From: Alphaproteobacteria bacterium
Lineage (GTDB): Bacteria; Pseudomonadota; Alphaproteobacteria; Bin95
DNA length: 64,000 nucleotides
Direction of reading: 5' to 3'
NCBI GenBank assembly: GCA_964291285.2
Contig: OZ219789.1
Coordinates: forward strand, 128,001-192,000
Shown here one piece after another: positions 57,115 through 64,000 of the stretch (position 1 is its first letter; each line of letters starts with the position of its first letter). A program made the translations under genes and the position numbers. The notes under the pieces were generated by a model. That model ran no database searches. It saw nothing but the letters and a program-made list of their open reading frames with translations, and was not told the origin of the DNA.

Positions 57115-58503
57115 TTAAGCTGCGGGACGGCATCGCAGGGAGGCGAGGCCGAGCCTGTCGAAGAAGGCATTGGGTAGCGCTTGTGCGAGCGCGGGACTGT
57201 TGCTGAGCCGCCATGGGCCGTGGGCACTGCCGGCGGTTTTCGCCGCCAGATCCTTGCCCACGCCGAGGCGGCGCAGCGCCGCAAAGCGGGTACGCCCGCG
57301 CTTCCACTGCCGCCAGACGATGGCGCGGAGCCGCCGCCTGACCCATCGGTCGAGGGTGAGCAGTACCGAAGGGGTCTCGCAGAAGCCGAAGTAGCCCCGC
57401 CACCCGATGAGGTAGCGGGAGAACTCCCTGACGAGGCGGGCAAGTTTGACGCTCTTTGTGCAGCGCGTCATGTCCCGGACCCGTGCCTTGAACCGGGCGA
57501 GCGCCTGCGGCGCGATGCGCCGCTTCGTTGCCCACGCGGCGGTGAAGCTGAAGCCCAGGAAGGCCCTCGCCGACGGGCGGTCCACCGCGCTCTTGTCTGC
57601 ATTGACCGTCAGCTTCAGCCGTGGGGCGAGGAACCTCGTCACGCTCGCCATGACCCGCTCGCCCGCCCGCCGGGACCGCACGTAGATGTTGCAGTCGTCG
57701 GCATAGCGCACGAAGCGGTGACCGCGCTTCTCCAGTTCCTTGTCCAGAACGTCGAGCATCAGGTTCGACAGAATCGGTGAGAGTGGGCCGCCCTGTGGCG
57801 CTCCCTCAGTGGTTGGGCCGACCAGTCCGCCCTCCAGCACCCCCGCGGTCAGGAAGCCGCGGATGAGCCCGAGCAGGCGTTTGTCGGCCACGCGCTTGGC
57901 CACCAGCCCCATCAATATGTCGTGGTTCACCCGGTCGAAGAACTTCTCCAGATCGAGATCGACGACATAGCCATAGCCCGCGCGGATGTGCTCTTGCGCG
58001 CGTTCTACTGCCTGATGGGCCGAGCGTCCGGGCCGGAACCCGTAGCTCGCATCCGAGAAGCCGGGGTCCCAGTCTCCTTGCAACACCTGCATCGCCGCCT
58101 GCTGGATGAAGCGGTCGAGCACCGTCGGCACACCGAGCGGGCGAACGCCGCCCGATGCCTTCGGTATCTCTACCCGCCGGACCGGCTGCGGTTCATAGCT
58201 GCCGTCGAGAAGTCGGGCCTTCGTCTCGGGCCAGTGGTCTTTCAGATAAGCGTCCAACTCTTCGACGGTCATGCCGTCGATGCCGGGCGCCCCCTTGTTG
58301 CGCCGGACACGCGCCAGCGCCTTCTTCAAGTTGCCGGGTTCGACCACCGCTTCCATCGGTGGTCCGCGCCCAGCCGCCGGGTGTTCGGGGTCGGCACGCG
58401 CCATGCGGGCTTCGGTCCCTCGGTCTCCGGCGCTCCGGGCTTCACCCTTCGCCTCCGGCTCCAAGGCCAGTTCCAGCTGGATGTTCTGCCGCCTGGTCCG
58501 CAT
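57115..58503 (-). CDS. ltrA: Group II intron reverse transcriptase/maturase (no endonuclease domain)
   Basis: NKGAPGIDG, RPLGVPTVLDR, DLEKFFD, GAPQGGPLSP, RYADD and FLGF motifs plus domain X. Confidence 0.95.
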   Translation of the reverse strand: MRTRRQNIQLELALEPEAKGEARSAGDRGTEARMARADPEHPAAGRGPPMEAVVEPGNLKKALARVRRNKGAPGIDGMTVEELDAYLKDHWPETKARLLDGSYEPQPVRRVEIPKASGGVRPLGVPTVLDRFIQQAAMQVLQGDWDPGFSDASYGFRPGRSAHQAVERAQEHIRAGYGYVVDLDLEKFFDRVNHDILMGLVAKRVADKRLLGLIRGFLTAGVLEGGLVGPTTEGAPQGGPLSPILSNLMLDVLDKELEKRGHRFVRYADDCNIYVRSRRAGERVMASVTRFLAPRLKLTVNADKSAVDRPSARAFLGFSFTAAWATKRRIAPQALARFKARVRDMTRCTKSVKLARLVREFSRYLIGWRGYFGFCETPSVLLTLDRWVRRRLRAIVWRQWKRGRTRFAALRRLGVGKDLAAKTAGSAHGPWRLSNSPALAQALPNAFFDRLGLASLRCRPAA

Positions 58504-58515
58504 GAGCCTGTCGTC

Positions 58516-59297
58516 CTAGGTCCTGTGGACGGATTTGATCAAGATGAAGGCAGCGGCGAGTGCGACGAAGGAGCTGAAGTTTGTGGCGGTCTTTTCGCAG
58601 CGCAGGGCGATGCGTTTGAAGCGTTTGAGCTTGCCGACGGCCTGTTCGATGCGCGCCCGTCCTCTGTAGAGCGCGCTTGCGAAGCGCTTTGGCCTGTTTT
58701 TGATGTTCTTCCGGTAGGGAATGACGGTCAGGGCGCCTCTTTTCCGGGCGAGTTGGCGGTTTCCGGCGCTGTCATAGCCCTTGTCGGCGACGATGGCGCG
58801 GGGCCGGACATCGGGGCCGATGTCCATCAGGGTCTCGAAATGCGGACTGTCGGCTGCCTCGCCGCCGGTCAGGTCGAAGGCGATCGGCAGGCCGTCGAAA
58901 TCGGTCTTCAGGTGGATTTTGGTGCTGAAACCGCCCCGCGAGCGTCCAAGCGCCTGACCCTGCTGCCCCCTTTTGCGCCGGCCGCCGATACATGCGCGCG
59001 GGTCACGGTCGAATCGAACATCTGAACCAGGTGCGCCGTGCTGCTCAAATCCGCCAGCGTGGCGAAAAAGTCCTCGAACACCCCTGAACGGCTCAGACGG
59101 TGAAAACGCCGCCATACCGTATTCCAGTGCCCGAACCGCTCCGGCAGCGCCCGCCAGGTGATGTTGTGAACCGCAAAGAAGTGCAGCGCCTCCAGAAACA
59201 GACGGTCGTCCTTCGCCTTCGCACCCCGCCTCGGAAGGCAAAGCCGGAAAACCTCCAGCGCAACCTCCCAGTCTCCATTCGTCATCTTCGTCGACAT
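58516..59297 (-). CDS. IS5-family transposase, two overlapping ORFs joined by a probable -1 frameshift
   Basis: OrfA has WRALPERFG.W.TV..RF and DST..RAH..AAGAK; OrfB has ALGRSRGGFSTKIH, ADKGYDS and IE....KLK.FKRIA.R. Slippery AAAAGGGGG at 58974-58966. Confidence 0.88.
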
Positions 59298-59393
59298 CAA
59301 CGAAACCCCCGAATCGCCGACGCCTCATGATTCAGACAAATCCTCGCACGGGAATCCCTGAACACGCTCCTGAGTCAATACGTCCACAGGGCC
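58519..59393 (-). mobile_element. IS5-family (IS427-like group) insertion sequence, 875 bp
   Basis: Terminal inverted repeats GGTCCTGTGGACG / CGTCCACAGGGCC; TA duplication at 58517-58518 and 59394-59395. Confidence 0.9.
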
Positions 59394-59789
59394 TAATAAC
59401 CCTGTCCGTCGTTCGGGCCTTCGCCGGCGAGCCGGCTACTATGCCCTCTGCTGACTTCTGCGCCGCGATCACGGTCCTTGCGGAACCGCTCAGTCCGGGA
59501 CTTCCGGACACCGCGCAGATCTCCCGAGGTAAGACCAACCGCCTTCACCGCACACCCGCCGGATTTACCACCCCGGCCCTTGATGGCTATGGACTTCGCG
59601 GTCATCTGCCCGCTCGTCCGGCCGGGTAGGCCTCGTATCCGGTTCTTGTCCATCGGGTCGCGGCTTTGCTCCACGCTTCCTTCAGACCCCGCCTCGCGAC
59701 GACGCCCTTGCGCTTCGCTAATCCTTCGCCGCCATCGGGCTGGATAGAGGACTTGCACCTCCAAGCTGTTGGTCATGCTCGGCACACAG

Positions 59790-59820
59790 AAAAAAGCCCG
59801 CGCCGGGTAGGCGCGGGCTT
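59790..59820 (-). terminator. Rho-independent terminator of the ABC substrate-binding gene
   Basis: AAGCCCGCGCC-TACCC-GGCGCGGGCTT followed by TTTT on the minus strand. Confidence 0.9.
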
Positions 59821-59861
59821 GCATCGTTCCGGCACGGCCGCGTCGGACCGTCCGGTATCGG

Positions 59862-61556
59862 CTACTTGTCGAGCCAGAAGGTGTCGAACCGTCCGACATC
59901 GTAGAGGCCGAAATAGTTGTAGGGGTTGTGGCCCTTGACGTAGTTGTACCAGCCGTCGTTGATCTTCTCCCAGCAGATCGGGAGCACCGGCGGGTTCTCC
60001 TCCATCACCATTTCGGCCGCGGTGATCGCTTCTTGCCGCTTCACCGGATCGACCTCGTTGTCGATGGCCGCCAGCAGCTCGGTGAAGCGCGGGTCTTCCC
60101 ACTGCGAATAGTTCTGCGGGCCGTTCGGGCCGTACCAGGTGTTGAAGTAGTCCGACGGGTCGATCAGGGTCGAGACGATGGCGCCGACCGAGAGGTCGAA
60201 CTTGCCGTTGTTGGTGTCGTCGAACCAGACCGATTCCACGACGGTGCGCAACTCGCACTCGACGTTGAGCGCCTGTGCCAGCATCGCCTGGATCGCCTGC
60301 GACCAGATCTTGAAGGTCGCCACGTCGCGCACCACGAAGTCGAGCCCCTTGATGCCGCCGCCGTGGCCGGCGGCCTCCAGCAGCGCCCTGGCTTCCTTGA
60401 TGGAGGCCGTCGTGTCCGGCTGGTAGCCGACGCGCTTGGTAAGCTCCTCCGTCGGCGTCGCCACATCCGAGAACGGATAGATGAAGCCGCCGACCAGCAT
60501 CGGCGCCACATCCTTGACGGCTTCCACCAGCACCGGCCGGTCGAAGACCAGGTGCATGGCCCGGCGCACCCTCGGGTCGTTGAAGGGCTCGCGGTCGGCA
60601 TTGAGCCAGACCGCCTGGATGACGCTCTGGTAGTAGTCGGTCGCCGTCATGTCGTCGCGCGCGTCGGCTTCCCTGCGCGTCACCGGGTCGATCAGCCGGG
60701 CGTAATCCGTCCGGCCTGCCAGGAAAGCGGAGCCGAGTTCCGGCGAGAACGGCAGGCCGTGGTAGAACTCGATCCCGTCGAGATAGGGCAGCCCTTCCAT
60801 CCAGTAGTCCGGGTTCTTCTGCATCACCCAGATTTCCTGCTCGACGCGCCGGACGCTGCGGAACGGACCGGTACCGGGGACGTCGAGGGTCTTGCGCAGA
60901 TTGTAGTTGTTGTCCTCGAGCGTCTTCTTGCGGACGATGCCGTTCCAGCCGCTGGAGATCGCGCCCATGATGAAGGCCGGCGGCCTGGGCGCGGCCAGCT
61001 TGAACTGGACGGTGTACTTGTCGGGCGCGGTGACCTCATCGACCGAGGTGAACAGCGCGCTGCGCGGGATGTTGATGCCCTCCGGCGGCTTGGTGATGCG
61101 GTCGAAGGTGGCTTTCACATCCGCGGAAGTGAGTTCGGCGCCGTCGGAGAAAAGCACGCCCTTGCGCAGGAAGAACGTGTAGGTCTTGCCGTCTTTCGAG
61201 ATTTCCCAGCTGTGGGCGAGGTCGGGGATGATCGACTGTCCGCTGTCGCGGGGGTCATGGCGAATCAGGTTGTCGTACATGCAGGCCTGACTGCCGAGAT
61301 TGTTGATCGTGCCCGACTGGTGGAAGTCGAGATGCGGCGGACGCATGGTGATGCCGTAGCGCAGCACGCCACCCGATTTCGGGTTCGGCTCCGTCGCCGC
61401 AAGCTGGAATTTCGAGCCGTCATATTCCATCGGAATGGCGGCATTGGCCCTGCGGGAATGCAGGCCGTACGCCCCCGCAGCGGCCAGCGCCGCGCTTCCC
61501 TGAAGGAAGTGCCGCCGACTCCAGTGCGGGTTCATGAATCCTTTGCGAGCCATCAT
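59862..61556 (-). CDS. ABC transporter substrate-binding protein (family 5, Tat signal)
   Basis: SRRHFL signal; PDLAHSWEIS.DGKTYTF.LRKGV.FSDG, GTGPF and PFNDPRVRRA motifs. Confidence 0.93.
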   Translation of the reverse strand: MMARKGFMNPHWSRRHFLQGSAALAAAGAYGLHSRRANAAIPMEYDGSKFQLAATEPNPKSGGVLRYGITMRPPHLDFHQSGTINNLGSQACMYDNLIRHDPRDSGQSIIPDLAHSWEISKDGKTYTFFLRKGVLFSDGAELTSADVKATFDRITKPPEGINIPRSALFTSVDEVTAPDKYTVQFKLAAPRPPAFIMGAISSGWNGIVRKKTLEDNNYNLRKTLDVPGTGPFRSVRRVEQEIWVMQKNPDYWMEGLPYLDGIEFYHGLPFSPELGSAFLAGRTDYARLIDPVTRREADARDDMTATDYYQSVIQAVWLNADREPFNDPRVRRAMHLVFDRPVLVEAVKDVAPMLVGGFIYPFSDVATPTEELTKRVGYQPDTTASIKEARALLEAAGHGGGIKGLDFVVRDVATFKIWSQAIQAMLAQALNVECELRTVVESVWFDDTNNGKFDLSVGAIVSTLIDPSDYFNTWYGPNGPQNYSQWEDPRFTELLAAIDNEVDPVKRQEAITAAEMVMEENPPVLPICWEKINDGWYNYVKGHNPYNYFGLYDVGRFDTFWLDK

Positions 61557-61673
61557 GCTCCTCCTGCCTGACGGGGCCCTTTCGGCCCCTCCCTAAATCG
61601 GTATGCTTCACTTGTTGGCGTCTTGCCGCTCTGGCCCTCCCGGAGGCCGACCACGTATCTAGGAGTGTCGATT

Positions 61674-62735
61674 ATGGACCGAACCCAGCCGCTCGAACAA
61701 GAGGGCGGGCAGGAGGCCCCGGCAGGAGCAGGCGAGAGCGTTCTCGAAGTCGAGAATCTGCAGACGCATTTCTTCACCAATGACGGGGTGGTGCGCGCGG
61801 TGGACGGCGTTTCCTACGGCGTGCGCCGGGGCGAGACCCTCGGTGTCGTCGGGGAATCCGGCTGCGGCAAGAGCGTGACGGCGCTTTCGATCCTGCGCCT
61901 GGTGGCGAGTCCGCCCGGCCGCATCGTCGGCGGCGCCATCCGGCTGGAGGGACGGAACCTCCTCGAAGCGACCGAGACCGAGATGGAAGATGTCCGGGGC
62001 AACGAGATTTCCATGATCTTCCAGGAGCCGATGACCTCCCTCAATCCGCTGTTCACGGTCGGCAGGCAGATCAGCGAGGCCATCGCGCTCCATCAGGGCC
62101 TCTCGAAGCGCGACGCGATGGACCGCGCCATAGAGATGCTTCGCGAGGTCCATATTCCGGAGCCGGAGCGCCGCGCGCACGAATATCCGCATCAGCTCTC
62201 CGGCGGTATGCGCCAGCGGGTGATGATCGCCATGGCGCTCTCCTGCAACCCGAAGGTGCTGATCGCCGACGAGCCGACGACCGCGCTCGACGTCACCATC
62301 CAGGCGCAGATCCTCGACCTCATGCGCGAGACGCAGCGCACCCAGGGCCAGGCCGTCATCCTGATTACCCACGACATGGGCGTCGTTGCCGAAAACGCCG
62401 ACCGGGTGGTGGTGATGTATGCGGGCCGGAAGGTCGAGGAGGCCGAGGTGGACGAACTCTTCGACCATCCGGGCCATCCCTATACCGAGGGGCTTCTGGG
62501 CGCCATTCCGAGCCTCGAAACCGCAGCGCACACGGAGAGCGGCCGGGGGCGCCTGAACGAGATCGAGGGCATGGTGCCCTCGCTCGCCAACCTGCCGCCG
62601 GGATGCACCTTCGCGCCGCGCTGCCTTTACGCGAGCGAGCGCTGCCGGCAGGAATTTCCGCCGCTGGAACACCACCGTCCGGGCCACTGGGTCGCCTGCT
62701 GGCACGCAGACCGCCTGCTGGGAGGAACGGCATGA
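61674..62735 (+). CDS. Oligopeptide/dipeptide ABC ATPase (DppD/OppD-like)
   Basis: [39 protein letters not shown] and C-terminal Cys motif. Confidence 0.95.
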   Translation: MDRTQPLEQEGGQEAPAGAGESVLEVENLQTHFFTNDGVVRAVDGVSYGVRRGETLGVVGESGCGKSVTALSILRLVASPPGRIVGGAIRLEGRNLLEATETEMEDVRGNEISMIFQEPMTSLNPLFTVGRQISEAIALHQGLSKRDAMDRAIEMLREVHIPEPERRAHEYPHQLSGGMRQRVMIAMALSCNPKVLIADEPTTALDVTIQAQILDLMRETQRTQGQAVILITHDMGVVAENADRVVVMYAGRKVEEAEVDELFDHPGHPYTEGLLGAIPSLETAAHTESGRGRLNEIEGMVPSLANLPPGCTFAPRCLYASERCRQEFPPLEHHRPGHWVACWHADRLLGGTA

Positions 62736-63769
62736 GCACCGCGACCGGGAACGCTACGCCGCTGCTCGACGTGCAGGGCCTCAAGAAGCACTTCCCCATC
62801 TACAAGGGCGTCTTCTCGCGGGTCCGGGGGCATGTCTATGCCGTGGACGGCGTGAGCTTCCGGATCGGGCGCGGCGAGACGCTGGGGCTGGTCGGAGAAT
62901 CCGGCTGCGGAAAATCCACCGTCGGCCGGACCGTGCTGAAGCTGCTGGAGCCGACCGAAGGGCGCATCCGCCTGGACGGTGAAGACATCACCGACCTCGG
63001 CGCTGCGGACATGATGCCCTACCGCCAGCGCATGCAGATGATCTTCCAGGACCCCTACGCCTCGCTGAACCCGCGCATGCCGGCCAGTTCCATCGTCGGC
63101 GAGCCCATGACCATCCACGGCGTGTCGGAAGGCGCGGAGCGCGAGGAGCGGGTGGAGGCGCTGTTCGAGCGCGTCGGCCTCGGCCGCCGGCACCTGGACT
63201 CCTATCCGCACGAGTTCTCCGGCGGGCAGCGCCAGCGCATCGGCATCGCACGCGCGCTGGCGCTCAATCCGGACCTCATTGTCGGGGACGAGCCGGTTTC
63301 TGCGCTCGACGTGTCGATCCAGGCGCAGATCATCAACCTGCTGATGGACCTCCAGGACGAGCTGAAGCTCTCCTACCTGTTCGTCGCGCACGACCTTGCG
63401 GTGGTCGAGCATATCAGCCACCGGGTCGCGGTCATGTATCTCGGCCGCATCGTCGAGATCACCGACAAGACGAGCCTGTTCGACAGCCCGCTGCACCCCT
63501 ATACGGAGGCGCTGCTCTCTGCGGTGCCGATGCCGAAGGCGCGCGCCCGCGGCCGCAAGCGCGTCATTCTGGAGGGCGACGTGCCGAGCCCGATCAACCC
63601 GCCCTCCGGCTGCCATTTCCACTCGCGCTGCCCCTATGCGATGGCGCGCTGCCGCAGCGACGTGCCCGTGCTACGCGAGGTGCAGGCCGGCCACTGGGCC
63701 GCCTGCCACCTGCACGACGGCACCGGCGCGGAGCCCGTAGCCGCCCTGGGGACGGCGGCTACCGCTTAG
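62732..63769 (+). CDS. Oligopeptide/dipeptide ABC ATPase (DppF/OppF-like)
   Basis: [39 protein letters not shown] and GCHFHSRCP motifs. Confidence 0.95.
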   Translation: MSTATGNATPLLDVQGLKKHFPIYKGVFSRVRGHVYAVDGVSFRIGRGETLGLVGESGCGKSTVGRTVLKLLEPTEGRIRLDGEDITDLGAADMMPYRQRMQMIFQDPYASLNPRMPASSIVGEPMTIHGVSEGAEREERVEALFERVGLGRRHLDSYPHEFSGGQRQRIGIARALALNPDLIVGDEPVSALDVSIQAQIINLLMDLQDELKLSYLFVAHDLAVVEHISHRVAVMYLGRIVEITDKTSLFDSPLHPYTEALLSAVPMPKARARGRKRVILEGDVPSPINPPSGCHFHSRCPYAMARCRSDVPVLREVQAGHWAACHLHDGTGAEPVAALGTAATA

Positions 63770-63774
63770 TTCGG

Positions 63775-63999
63775 TCAGACCGCGCCGCGCAGGCGCGGGT
63801 CGAGCACGTCGCGGATGCCGTCGCCGAACAGGTTGAAGGCGAGCACGGTGATGGTGATCGCCACGCCCGGGAAGAGCACCAGCCACCAGGGCGGCACGAT
63901 GCCGGCATTGAGCGCGTCCGCCAGCATGTTGCCCCAGGTCGGCGCGGGCGGCGGGATGCCGACGCCGAGGAAGCCGAGCGAGGCCTCGATGATGATCGC
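63775..63999 (-). CDS. Oligopeptide ABC permease (DppC/OppC-like), C-terminal part only
   Basis: Hand translation AIIIEASLGFLGVGIPPPAPTWGNML...FNLFGDGIRDVLDPRLRGAV*. Confidence 0.9.
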   Translation of the reverse strand, partial: AIIIEASLGFLGVGIPPPAPTWGNMLADALNAGIVPPWWLVLFPGVAITITVLAFNLFGDGIRDVLDPRLRGAV

Positions 64000-64000
64000 G

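Larger units (their letters stand above)
57034..59787 (-). mobile_element. Group IIC intron (interrupted by an IS5-family element)
   Basis: 5' end GTGTGCCGAGCATG at 59787; short DV GAACCGCCGTGTACGGACCCGTATGCACGGTGGTGT; DVI ending CTATCCCGAT at 57034; located just after an intrinsic terminator. Confidence 0.93.

Noticed and set aside
57115-58503. Retron, DGR or other defence RT
   Set aside because: The RT is flanked by clear group II intron 5' end, DV and DVI sequences and has a maturase domain.
58908-58990. IS5 transposase as a frameshifted pseudogene
   Set aside because: The break sits at the AAAAGGGGG motif typical of programmed frameshifting in this IS group, and the ends are intact.
61592-61602. 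CCTAAATCGG resembling the IS1380 terminal repeat
   Set aside because: The match is only about 8 nt with no partner end; likely chance.

Overview
GC-rich (roughly 70% by eye) alphaproteobacterial chromosomal window; the lpxC-bamD-recN-ligA synteny and a Zn-free L36 support this taxonomy. It mixes housekeeping genes (lpxC, bamD, recN, ligA, infA, rpmJ, tRNA-Gln, lptD, nudC) with many catabolic and transport genes (TTT and ABC transporters, TauD, PhyH, CoA transferases, GGT, hydantoinase/oxoprolinase, flavin monooxygenases, cofC). Mobile DNA includes an intact IS1380-family element, a group IIC intron inserted just after an intrinsic terminator and itself interrupted by an IS5-family element, and REP-like palindromes. 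The most unusual observation is a pair of homologous cassettes at 21.2-22.6 kb (+) and 46.0-46.8 kb (-). Each has the order: LexA-like box and promoter, 57-bp near-identical hairpin core, variable ORF, then CATGACA repeats phased at 10 bp. One carries an orphan terminase-small-subunit-like gene, and no other phage genes are present in the window. All product calls come from motif recognition by eye; no searches were run.
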